A stretch of 33,301 bases of DNA from ANME-2 cluster archaeon (GCA_022353185.1 JAKRWB010000072.1:1-33301), one strand, 5' to 3'. Counted from the stretch's first letter, positions 9,401 through 17,485 are shown. Numbers and translations are program-made. The notes: a model not told the origin generated them from the letters alone.

Positions 9401-9972
9401 TCGATACGCTCCCTGACAATATCCAGTTCACTCATAGCGCGGTCTTTCTTGTTATCGAATTCTGACACACCTGCTATCTCATCGATGATCTTGCGCCGCT
9501 CATTTGCTGTCATCTGGGTGATGTTGGAAACATCGCCCTGCATCACCACATTATAACCTTCAGGAGTGATTCTTGCCTTGGCAAGGATGTTATGAATTTC
9601 GGTGAGACTTGCCGCTTTGTCATTGAAATAATAATAACTGTAATATCCCGCAGCAGTTTGGCGTACTTTCCGTGCAATCACCACTTCATCAGTATCTACC
9701 GGCATCTCGCGGTCAGAGTTGTCGAAACGTATGATAACCTGGGCATAATCTGGCTTTTTATTCCCTTCCCCGTTATAGATAAGGTCAGTAAGTTTTTCAG
9801 CACGCATTGTCCTGGAACTGGAAAGACCGAGACAAAAAAGTATGCCGTCCACAATATTGGATTTACCGCTACCATTAGGTCCAGAGATGGTAGTAAAACC
9901 ATCAAAGAAAGGAATCTTTACTTTCCTTCCAAAAGACTTGAAATTCTGGAATTCTATTTCTTTTATATGCAC
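6451..9972 (-). CDS. smc: SMC chromosome segregation ATPase
   Basis: 1173 aa. Walker A 'GPNGSGKSN', long coiled coils, hinge 'GIYGTIAQLGKVDQEYAIALEVAAGGRMQGIVVD', signature 'SGGEKSL', Walker B 'FYAFDEVDMNLD'. Confidence 0.95.
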   Translation of the reverse strand: MHIKEIEFQNFKSFGRKVKIPFFDGFTTISGPNGSGKSNIVDGILFCLGLSSSRTMRAEKLTDLIYNGEGNKKPDYAQVIIRFDNSDREMPVDTDEVVIARKVRQTAAGYYSYYYFNDKAASLTEIHNILAKARITPEGYNVVMQGDVSNITQMTANERRKIIDEIAGVSEFDNKKDRAMSELDIVRERIERVDIILAEVGTQLDKLQRERDQALKYQSLQEEKLRFEGYMLLSKFKDAQKEFDKIVEEISSRLESESELEALLQEKQEKMTELESALKELNVQITSMGEDEQIAIKRQIEEKKGEIALSQNTITLTESEISDMDTQRRKGLIEIDGIKEKMSELSSKIEEENNRKLGIASEIKDQRTQLLILRTKISEVDSRFVQTRDELSQVKNDLEEARNRKNELMRQEDRMLDAMRRRSAELKDIEEEIEDSKRKIKSADDDREDVEQEIEGLNKQRAELSGDMDDLESNRAQLKSVQKDLDDTLRGLQQEYMTAEARIRAAKEVSGYSNAVEKVLKAKDMRELPGIYGTIAQLGKVDQEYAIALEVAAGGRMQGIVVDTDEDASRAISFLKRQHGGRATFLPLNKMSSASGFRDVSNMPGVIGYAINLVDYDSKYEPAFNYVFRDTIVVEDLDTARRLMGGLRMVTLDGEVVEKSGAMTGGSRGRSSVSFAATEEDKIIKLAEQITEYESRRSAAINKLDSVEGHIASVQTEMRELETGIAKKQMAIEEINSRGERLTALITEKEAERAEIEAGRAELRGEMESIEDGKQTAEQEIAKLTDKAGELEEQLKGSKVPELNEQAQRIEDEIRRLENRTRDIEGNINNMETESKFAIDKAEGIKVRLAELDGRKEDLRGKIKQLRTKIDELELSLEDKTKREQELDVELADMRKRREDLQMEFSAWQKQLEEVKVRLENSRRQMMALNATRDTLAEQIKEFRSELDERGVELTDEVPTLEEVQTRIASIVRAMTKLEPVNMRAIDEYDEVERRSIDLKERRDTLSHELEEILERIHKYEQMKKQAFMECFNGINEHFKVIFPELSDGPGELILENEEDPFAGGLTMKVQPKDKTLQRMESRSGGEKSLISMTLLFSIQQYRPAPFYAFDEVDMNLDGANAEKMAQRIKKSSKTAQFIVVSLRKPMVQAAERTIGVTMQDNDITSITGVKLN

Positions 9973-10088
9973 CTAATACCTCATGATGCATTTATGCATT
10001 TTAGGATGTTTTTCACAATATATTAAGTATAACTTTATTTACTCAAGTAACTGCGAGCGTTAGTGAGCAGTTTATTGTTACAACAGTG

Positions 10089-10664
10089 CTATTTCTTGTA
10101 TTCGATTACGACATCTTCATCTTCCCTTGCTTCAACAATGATACCGTTTTTGCGTGATGACCTTGATGTGGTATTTTCTGCTATGATAATAGCCTTATTA
10201 CCTTTTTCTTTTGAAATATCTTTTTCAGGAACACGGGTATCCTCACTTTCGGCAATGATATACTGGGATTTTGGCCCGGCATTTTGCTCCGGCACGTTTT
10301 GTTTTTTGGTTTTTTGCGCGCTTTCATACCAGTTTGACAATGAATTTGTTTTGTCCGGCTGGTCAACCGGCTGGGCTGAGTTTTCAACATCCTTTTTCAG
10401 GTATTTTTTTTTCAGGTCCTGAATAATGGTTTTCTGGTCAAGCAGTTCTTTCATTACACCATCAAAGGATAGTCCTATATCCCTGACCTTTGATTCAATT
10501 GCAGAAATCCTTTTATCAAAGTCAAGGTCCTCTTTCATGCCTTCCCTCAGTTCTGCTATAATGGATTCCTTAAGGGAATCATTAAGCTCACTAATCTCCC
10601 GCTCCTTGGCCACCAACTTATGTTCCAGACGTTCAACCAGAATATCCCTATTTTCACTTATCAC
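10089..10664 (-). CDS. hypothetical coiled-coil / low-complexity protein upstream of smc
   Basis: GTG start at 10664, 5 nt downstream of GGAGGGG (10670-10676). The N-terminal ~90 aa are heptad-like and E/K/L rich; the C-terminal half is charged and low-complexity. No family recognised. Confidence 0.5.
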   Translation of the reverse strand: MISENRDILVERLEHKLVAKEREISELNDSLKESIIAELREGMKEDLDFDKRISAIESKVRDIGLSFDGVMKELLDQKTIIQDLKKKYLKKDVENSAQPVDQPDKTNSLSNWYESAQKTKKQNVPEQNAGPKSQYIIAESEDTRVPEKDISKEKGNKAIIIAENTTSRSSRKNGIIVEAREDEDVVIEYKK

Positions 10665-10770
10665 AGAATCCCCTCCATAAACTTCATATCCAATTTACTA
10701 TGTGAGTCATGTTACTAAAATAATTTGTGGTATATATTTACAGTGATTTGGCCGCTCTTCTAGAACGGCT

Positions 10771-12078
10771 TTAAGGTGATACTCGCTTGCGGTCTCTTGG
10801 GAACAGCACAACGTCCCTGATGTTATCTATATCCAGCATGGTCATGATAAGCCTCTCGGCCCCAAGTCCCCAGCCTGAATGGGGCGGGATGCCGTACTTG
10901 AAAGCTTTCAGGTAGAAATCGAATCCGTCAGGATTCAGGCCCTGGTCCTGTATGCGCTGGCGCAGCAGGTCGTGGTCGTGTATACGCTGGGCACCCGAGG
11001 AGAGTTCCATGCGGGGATGCATCATATCAAATGCTTTGGTCAGTTCAGGATTATCCTCATATGGCTGGGTGTAGTAGGGTTTGATCTCGGTGGGCCAGTC
11101 CTTGATAAAATAATGCTCACCCATGACCTTGCCGATTACTTTCTCTGCACTGGTGCTAAGGTCGTCGCCCCATTCCAGCAGTTCCTTTGAGTGCTCGTTG
11201 TTGATATCAATGGCCTCGCCATAGGTCAGGCGCTTGAAAGGTGCTTTTGGAATCTCCAGTTCTTTACCAATGATCTTGAGACTGTTTGCGCAATTTTTGG
11301 CCACGCTTTCATAAACATGGACGATTAGGTTCTCCAGTATCTGCATTACATCCTCATGGTCAAGGAAACTGGCTTCGATATCGATACTGGTAGCCTCGTT
11401 CAGGTGCCGTGTGGTGTCATGTTCCTCTGCCCTGAATATGGGTCCTATCTCAAATACCCGGTCCAGGCCGCCGCTCATCATTATCTGCTTGAACAACTGG
11501 GGACTCTGGTTCAGGAATGCCTCGGTATCGAAATATGTAATTGGGAACAGGGCTGTGCCGCCTTCTGTGGCAGTAGCCACCACTTTTGGTGTATTGATCT
11601 CAAGGAAGCCTTCCAGTTCAAGGAAGTTCCTGACTGCGGACAATGTATGGTGGCGTATCTGGAATACTGCATTGACCCTGGGGCGGCGCACGTCCATGAA
11701 GCGGTTGTCCAGCCTGGTGTCCAGTTCAGCGTTCACCTTGCCTGTGGTGTCCATTGGCAATGGGGATTGGGCAGGGTTTAGCAGGTTGATGCGCGAAGGT
11801 ACCAGTTCGTAGCCGCCTGGGGCTTTTGCTTCCAGTTTGACAGAACCTTCCACGAGAATGACTGATTCGCGGCTCAAACTCTTGGCGGTTTCAATTACCT
11901 GGGGGTCTATGGTCTTCTTGAACATGGTTAACTGTGCCATGCCTTCGCGGTCCCTCAAGATAAGGAACATGATGCCGCCCAGGTCGCGTATCTCGTGGAC
12001 CCAGCCTGCAAGTTTTACTGTCTGGCCGTCCATTTCCTGGGTTACTTGTGATGTGTAGTGTGTTCGTCTGAATTCCAT
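10771..12078 (-). CDS. aspS: aspartate--tRNA ligase, archaeal type
   Basis: 435 aa. '[22 protein letters not shown]' (OB fold), '[14 protein letters not shown]' (class II motif 2), '[11 protein letters not shown]' (motif 3), C-terminal '[10 protein letters not shown]'. Confidence 0.9.
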   Translation of the reverse strand: MEFRRTHYTSQVTQEMDGQTVKLAGWVHEIRDLGGIMFLILRDREGMAQLTMFKKTIDPQVIETAKSLSRESVILVEGSVKLEAKAPGGYELVPSRINLLNPAQSPLPMDTTGKVNAELDTRLDNRFMDVRRPRVNAVFQIRHHTLSAVRNFLELEGFLEINTPKVVATATEGGTALFPITYFDTEAFLNQSPQLFKQIMMSGGLDRVFEIGPIFRAEEHDTTRHLNEATSIDIEASFLDHEDVMQILENLIVHVYESVAKNCANSLKIIGKELEIPKAPFKRLTYGEAIDINNEHSKELLEWGDDLSTSAEKVIGKVMGEHYFIKDWPTEIKPYYTQPYEDNPELTKAFDMMHPRMELSSGAQRIHDHDLLRQRIQDQGLNPDGFDFYLKAFKYGIPPHSGWGLGAERLIMTMLDIDNIRDVVLFPRDRKRVSP

Positions 12079-12237
12079 GGGTATACCTTTTGAAAATTAA
12101 TAGGGATTTTGGTTATTGGTTTTGTTTTCCATTGATGTATTTATTATATAATTAAACTGCGGTATATGGGCGGGAAAACTAAGCTTGAGCATTAATTGTA
12201 ATATCTCATAATTAAACGGCCTAATCAATTATTGATT

Positions 12238-13389
12238 TCAAATATTCTGTGTGCCCCGGCTGATAATATCAACATAGTTGGCAAAAAAATACTTTTTATA
12301 TCTTTTCTTACCTGTTATTTCCCGTAAAATACCAATTTTTTCAAACTTTTTCACCAGTTCATTTACCGATACTGTGGAGATGTTCAATGTATCAACGATC
12401 TCGCTGCTGCTGACCAGTGGTCTGTCAAACAGGAAGTCCAGCATTTTCACAGCATAAATACTTGATATAGAATTTTCATACAATTTCAATATCAGGTCTT
12501 CCTTTAATTTGATTATCTCCCTGGCAGTATTTGCGGCCTCCTGTGAAGTTTCACTGACACCTGTTAAAAAGAACTTTATCCAGTCTTCCCATGCCCCCTC
12601 TGTGCGCACTTTCATCAGCAGGTCGTAATATTCATTCCTGTTGTTTTTCAGGTAAAAACTCAGATATAACAGGGGTTTTGACAGTATCTCTTTGTAGACC
12701 AGATAGAACGAAATCAGAAGTCTTCCCATCCTTCCGTTCCCATCCAGAAACGGGTGGATCGTCTCAAACTGGGCATGGATCAATGCAATCTTGACCAGGG
12801 GCGGGATGTTATCTTTTATGTGGAAAAACCGTTCAATTTCTTCCATTGCAGGTTGGACCATATCCGGTGGCGGCGGGACAAATGTTGCGTCATGTACAGA
12901 AGCCCCTGGTGTGCCGATATAATTCTGGAAAGCCCTGAATTCACCGGGGTCCAGGTTGGCACCTCTTGCGCCTTTCAGCAGTATTTCATGGATTTCTTTT
13001 ATGAGTTCCAGAGATACGGGATTATTCTCCAGTTTCTCTATGCCATAATTTAGCGCATTAACGTAATTCACTACTTCCTTGATATCCTTTACATCGTCTT
13101 TTGGTGTCAGGTCAGCTTCAAATTCCAGCACTCCTTCCAGGGATGCCTGGGTTCCTTCTATCTGTGAACTCAAAAGTGCCTCTTTTTTCACATACATGGC
13201 AATGAACAGGTCAGGATTTGGCAGGACAGTGGTAATGCCATCCAGTCGTGCAAGATTTCGGTCCGCCTTTGACAATAGCGAATGAAGCTCGTCATCATAT
13301 TCTATAGGGGGGTCAGGGGGCAGATTTTTCGGGATAAATGCACGATAACCGGCGGGCAGCAATTCATATGTTCCAGCTCTGTTGTCCAT
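12238..13389 (-). CDS. Fic/DOC family protein (Fic_N + Fic core + C-terminal wHTH-like)
   Basis: Fic active-site motif 'HPFLDGNGRMGRLL'. N-terminal inhibitory-helix motif 'SSQIEG' ([ST]xxxE[GN]). C-terminal 'SSSEIVDTLNISTVSVNELVKKFEKIGILREI' looks like a wHTH. Confidence 0.85.
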   Translation of the reverse strand: MDNRAGTYELLPAGYRAFIPKNLPPDPPIEYDDELHSLLSKADRNLARLDGITTVLPNPDLFIAMYVKKEALLSSQIEGTQASLEGVLEFEADLTPKDDVKDIKEVVNYVNALNYGIEKLENNPVSLELIKEIHEILLKGARGANLDPGEFRAFQNYIGTPGASVHDATFVPPPPDMVQPAMEEIERFFHIKDNIPPLVKIALIHAQFETIHPFLDGNGRMGRLLISFYLVYKEILSKPLLYLSFYLKNNRNEYYDLLMKVRTEGAWEDWIKFFLTGVSETSQEAANTAREIIKLKEDLILKLYENSISSIYAVKMLDFLFDRPLVSSSEIVDTLNISTVSVNELVKKFEKIGILREITGKKRYKKYFFANYVDIISRGTQNI

Positions 13390-13428
13390 AAGATAACATT
13401 CCTTTACTTATCTTTACGATTCGAGTTC

Positions 13429-13572
13429 TAAGTTAAGTAGAGTTAACTTAAAATGAGATATACCTTTCTAAGTTAGGGTGGGTTATGTAAGATTATGTTG
13501 AAAATCTGGTATAATTCAACAAACGACAATATACTCTGAAGTATATTACTTGAAAGTATATAATTTTCAAAG
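13429..13572. repeat. copy 1 of a ~144-nt diverged direct repeat (proximal to the Fic start)
   Basis: Aligns without gaps to 13674-13817 at an offset of 245 nt, with 109/144 identical positions by my hand count. Contains hairpin TAAGTTAA-gtagag-TTAACTTA (13429-13450) and a 22-nt perfectly shared core AGTATATTACTTGAAAGTATAT (13540-13561). Confidence 0.7.
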
Positions 13573-13673
13573 GGGATAAAAGGTTAATCGATGCTGTCTA
13601 CTTTGTTTTTGATTTGAGGGATTTTGAGGAATTGGTGGCTGGATAATTTGTGATGAGTAAAACGTCAGGTGTT

Positions 13674-13817
13674 TAAGTTAAGGATTGTTAACTTAAATTG
13701 GGGTGCGGCTTTTTAAGTAAAGTTGGGTTATGGTAGATGATGTTAAAAGTCCGCTCTGATACAACAACGGATTAGACACTCTTGAGTATATTACTTGAAA
13801 GTATATGAATTTCATAG
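13674..13817. repeat. copy 2 of the ~144-nt diverged direct repeat (distal, no gene directly downstream)
   Basis: Same alignment as copy 1. Hairpin (T)TTAAGTTAA-ggattg-TTAACTTAA(A) at 13672-13697 has the same stem and a different loop. The 22-nt core is at 13785-13806. Confidence 0.7.
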
Positions 13818-13997
13818 TCACTACCCTTGATTCCGCTTCGCTCAAATCCAGGGCATCATTGGGCTGGAAGTCGGGTTGTGATGTGAATGGGGACAGAAGT
13901 GGGGTGTGTAAATGTGCATTCACCCGAGACAATTTATAATTGTGGTATAAGAAATATATCCCTTTGAAAAATGCATTGGTACATTCCAGATTCTGAC

Positions 13998-14483
13998 TTA
14001 ATCAAAATTCCAACACAAAATTTTTTCTTTTATGTCATTCTCATTCCCTATTCGTTTACATAAAGGTATTCTATCATATCCGCCATCGAAGGATAAAATA
14101 TAGTCAATTTTTAAAATTTCCATAATTTGAAGGTTTGTTGCATCGACCAATCCTATTGCTGGATTCCCATCCTTATGGTTGCAAAATGGTTTCAGTTTCG
14201 TATGAATTGCACCATCAACATCTTTCGGTTTAAGATGGTAAATTTTGCAGTGTTTCAACTCTTCATAATATTTGAGAGTTTCATGGAATTTTATTCCTTT
14301 TTGTAATTTATGGAATACCTCCACGATTATATAATCAGAAATGTACAAGTCTTCGAATCCTGAAATCAAATCTTTATCTATCAGTTCATCCCAAATAATA
14401 CACGCCTTGTTATGATGAGAATCTCTCGCATCTTTAAAACCAATGAAAAAACCGCTATCTACAAATAATCTCAATTTTGTCAT
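13998..14483 (-). CDS. PIN-domain (VapC-like) nuclease
   Basis: 161 aa with the four conserved acidic positions in typical contexts: D9 'LFVDSGFF', E55 'IIVEVF', D114 'GLVDATNL', D133 'LSFDGGYD'. Its ATG overlaps the upstream stop (ATGA at 14480-14483). Confidence 0.75.
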   Translation of the reverse strand: MTKLRLFVDSGFFIGFKDARDSHHNKACIIWDELIDKDLISGFEDLYISDYIIVEVFHKLQKGIKFHETLKYYEELKHCKIYHLKPKDVDGAIHTKLKPFCNHKDGNPAIGLVDATNLQIMEILKIDYILSFDGGYDRIPLCKRIGNENDIKEKILCWNFD

Positions 14484-14980
14484 AATACTGACTCTTTCGG
14501 TCGGTATTTTTTAGCAACTTTTGATATTGAGTTCACTGTCATTTCGGGATAAGCAGAATATATTCTTTCAAGCAGCTTTTCAGACGATAGATGATTATAA
14601 TTGATTTTTACGTACTTGAATTGGGATTTGATATCATCTTTTAATCTATTCCAAAACATATCAGATAATTCTTTTCCTTTTTCAGTCAAACTGATTTTTA
14701 TATAACTTGTGGATGAAGAATTTAAATTGACATATTTTGCATCTTTTAGACCATCAAGAGCTGCAAATATCGTTTCATCGAAGGGACCATAATTATCAGG
14801 TTCAAATTTGAGATCGCTTAATAAATTAGCACCTAAATCTGTTTTCTGAATAACAAACAATTCTTTCACTAGATGTGTCATACCAGGAATTGGAGTATAT
14901 TTTTTCCCTTTAATATCTTCAGACCTGAGTAAGGTCAAAATTGCTAATTGTGTCGCAGATAAATCAAAATCAAGATTCAT
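14480..14980 (-). CDS. Panacea (DUF4065/SocA/GepA)-like putative antitoxin with wHTH-like segment
   Basis: 'LAILTLLRS...GMTHLVKELFVIQKT...FEPDNYGPFDETIFAALDGL' matches the 'KLQKLLY...F.AW.YGP...vy' pattern of Panacea domains by eye. 'YIKISLTEKGKEL' is wHTH-like. ATGA overlaps at both ends (14977-14980, 14480-14483). Confidence 0.45.
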   Translation of the reverse strand: MNLDFDLSATQLAILTLLRSEDIKGKKYTPIPGMTHLVKELFVIQKTDLGANLLSDLKFEPDNYGPFDETIFAALDGLKDAKYVNLNSSSTSYIKISLTEKGKELSDMFWNRLKDDIKSQFKYVKINYNHLSSEKLLERIYSAYPEMTVNSISKVAKKYRPKESVL

Positions 14981-16206
14981 TTAAACCACTTATCAAGACT
15001 TAATGTACAATTCCCAAACCGAAAAGATTTCATTTCCGATGTTTCAACACTGATTTTATCTTTTTCTAATAAATAATCTAATAAATTATTATTTTCAATA
15101 GATTTTGGATATTCTCGAATTTCATTTATTGTCTTTTCAATATTATGTTTTTTACAAATTTTTCTGATACTATAATCAGACATTTCAGAAAGATCAGATA
15201 AATCAATATCTCTTAGTACTTGGGTGTTAATAAGTTCTTCAACTTTTTTAACATTTACCAAATCATTGATGTTTGTAAAACCATAATTTTGGTCGTTAAA
15301 AATATACTTATTAGGAGTATTTTGTGCTATAATTCTCGGTATCACATGGTTTGGACTATATGTGTCAAAGCCAAAACCAGTTCCTAACAAGTTATTTATT
15401 CGACTTGTGTTTGTTTTTCCAATTTTAAACCTCGAATTTAATCCATTGATTATGTATAACTCTTCACTTTGTTTGCTTAATTTTGATAATTCATAATGTA
15501 ACCTTTCTATTGCATATCCGAAGGCACCATATTTTTTATTTTCACAATTATATCCGAAAATGCGACAACCATTGTTCCAGTATTTTTCCAATAATTTTGG
15601 GTCTATTAAATTATATGATGACGGGACGATTGCCATTATTGGAAGATTTTTTCTATCAATTGCAGCTATTTGCCTATCATGAAAAGTTTCAATCAACTTT
15701 CCATAATCATCGGAATTAGATAATGTCCCTAATAAAGGAGTAGTAATAATAGAATTGCCAGGAGTACCCCATAAAACATCAAAAACAAACTCTTGAACAT
15801 GTTCTGGCATGAGCTGATTTAATGGACGTCCCTTATCATCAGTAATTGAGAATAATATATATGGAAGAGCACCAGCCTTTTTTAATTCTAATAATCTGTT
15901 CGAAATTCTTGAACAAAATTTTTCCCCTTTTTCATCATTATTGATGTATTCATTTAATTGGCTTAAAGAGACTTTTGCATATACTTCGCCAAATGGTTTG
16001 AACTTGTTATCAATTAGCGATTCAGCTGTCTTAAGCTCTAAATTATCCGATTGATTAACTCCAATGGTTCGTGTTGGGGTAATTACGGTGTTACCATTGA
16101 TTTTTACTTTACAAGAACGGATGAAATACTTCTCTTCTCTGCCGATCTCCTCGATATCCAAATTTATCATATCATTCATAAGACACTTATGTAACATCGT
16201 TTTCAT
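14977..16206 (-). CDS. uncharacterised protein, first gene of the three-gene cassette (family unknown)
   Basis: Long uninterrupted ORF in a ~22-35% GC region, coupled to the next gene by an ATGA overlap. Start is uncertain: TTG 16221; ATG 16206, 16197, 16179, 16170. A TATA-like 'atatatgtataa' (minus strand, ~16205-16216) would favour a near-leaderless start at 16179 or 16170. Confidence 0.6.
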   Translation of the reverse strand: MKTMLHKCLMNDMINLDIEEIGREEKYFIRSCKVKINGNTVITPTRTIGVNQSDNLELKTAESLIDNKFKPFGEVYAKVSLSQLNEYINNDEKGEKFCSRISNRLLELKKAGALPYILFSITDDKGRPLNQLMPEHVQEFVFDVLWGTPGNSIITTPLLGTLSNSDDYGKLIETFHDRQIAAIDRKNLPIMAIVPSSYNLIDPKLLEKYWNNGCRIFGYNCENKKYGAFGYAIERLHYELSKLSKQSEELYIINGLNSRFKIGKTNTSRINNLLGTGFGFDTYSPNHVIPRIIAQNTPNKYIFNDQNYGFTNINDLVNVKKVEELINTQVLRDIDLSDLSEMSDYSIRKICKKHNIEKTINEIREYPKSIENNNLLDYLLEKDKISVETSEMKSFRFGNCTLSLDKWFK

Positions 16207-16408
16207 TATACATATATCCAATCCACATCAGAAAAGCACATCAATCACACACCCAACCGGACATAGTCATAAATCCCCCATCCTGCAGTCACCACTATAC
16301 CAACCACAACGTACCAATCCTGCATACAACCAATTTTTTAAGATTATCTCCCTGCAACAACCCCACCAAAAAAATAATCCCAGGCCCCTCAAAAGCCCAA
16401 AACCTGAC

Positions 16409-17440
16409 TCAGAAATACCCTTTCTTATACATCAACTCAGCATTCAGCACACTGGCCCCTGCCGCGCCCCTGATAGTATTGTGCCCCATCACCATATACC
16501 GGATACCCTCACGTATCCTGCCTACAGACACACTCATACCATTGCCCGCATTCCTGTCCAGCCTGGGCTGGGGCCGGTCAGGCTCATTCCGCACAATAAT
16601 GGGATGCTCAGGCTCAGTAGGCAGGTCTGAAAGACCAGGGTCAAAGTCCAGGAATGCCTGGCGCACCTGCTCGGGTGTGGGGTCGTCCCGCATCCCTACC
16701 CATAGTGCCTCCAGGTGCCCGTCCATCACCGGTACACGATGACAACTTGCACTTACATTGAAATCGGCAGGGATTACTTCGCTGCCATCGAACTCGCCCA
16801 GGAGTTTCAAGGGTTCGCTCTCCACCTTCTCCTCCTCGCCGCCGATATATGGCACCACATTCTCCAGAATGCTCATGCCAGCTATGCCACTATATCCGGC
16901 ACCTGATATGGCCTGCATTGACGCTATGGTCACATTCTCAAGTCCGAACTGCATCAGGGGTTTCAGGGTCAAAGTGAACATGATAGTAGTGCAGTTAGGG
17001 TTGGTCACGATACAGCCGTCCCAGCCGCGGTTGTCGCGCTGCACATCAATCAGGCCCAGGTGTTCCGGATTGACCTCAGGTATCATCAATGGTACATCAG
17101 GTTCCTGGCGAAATGCACCCGCATTGCTGGCAACCACACAGCCCGCCCTGACAAAATCCTCTTCCACTGTTTTTGCATAGTCTGAAGGTAAAGCAGAAAA
17201 CACAAGGTCTACATCAACCGCACCCACATCAACAGGCACCACTTCAACATCAGCCACTGCCTCAGGCATCTGTGACTCAAGCCGCCAGTTGGCAGCATCC
17301 CGATATTTCTTACCGGCTGAACGCCCGGACGCCGCCAGTGCAGTAATCTCGAACCAGGGGTGGTCTGCTAATGCTTCAACAAACCTCTGCCCTACCGCGC
17401 CTGTAGCGCCAAGGATACCTACTTTAATAGTTTCAGCCAT
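16409..17440 (-). CDS. asd: aspartate-semialdehyde dehydrogenase
   Basis: 343 aa. '[14 protein letters not shown]' NADP-binding loop, active-site 'NPNCTTI', 'ISGAGY', archaeal-type length. Confidence 0.9.
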   Translation of the reverse strand: MAETIKVGILGATGAVGQRFVEALADHPWFEITALAASGRSAGKKYRDAANWRLESQMPEAVADVEVVPVDVGAVDVDLVFSALPSDYAKTVEEDFVRAGCVVASNAGAFRQEPDVPLMIPEVNPEHLGLIDVQRDNRGWDGCIVTNPNCTTIMFTLTLKPLMQFGLENVTIASMQAISGAGYSGIAGMSILENVVPYIGGEEEKVESEPLKLLGEFDGSEVIPADFNVSASCHRVPVMDGHLEALWVGMRDDPTPEQVRQAFLDFDPGLSDLPTEPEHPIIVRNEPDRPQPRLDRNAGNGMSVSVGRIREGIRYMVMGHNTIRGAAGASVLNAELMYKKGYF

Positions 17441-17485
17441 GACAAAACCAAAAAATACAAAAAAATAATATTTTATCTTTACCTA

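Noticed and set aside
6734-9556. Several long plus-strand ORFs (for example 6983-8098 at 371 aa and 8381-9556 at 391 aa) antisense to smc
   Set aside because: Their translations are Ser/Arg/Leu-rich and low-complexity with no motifs. They are the expected mirror of the E/K/L-rich coiled-coil codons of smc, and smc itself has every diagnostic motif.
13429-13817. Possible CRISPR array
   Set aside because: There are only two units, about 144 nt long and only ~76% identical, with a 245-nt period. No short identical repeats or spacer structure are present, and no cas genes are in the window.
13693-13932. 79-aa minus-strand ORF inside repeat copy 2
   Set aside because: It has no motif and no Shine-Dalgarno sequence, runs through a non-coding repeat whose paralogue (copy 1) has no equivalent ORF, and shows no protein-like composition.
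16064-16630. 188-aa plus-strand ORF spanning the C/A-rich tract
   Set aside because: It overlaps the 5' end of the cassette gene and the 3' end of asd on the opposite strand. Its P/H/Q/T-rich translation simply reflects the G-depleted composition.
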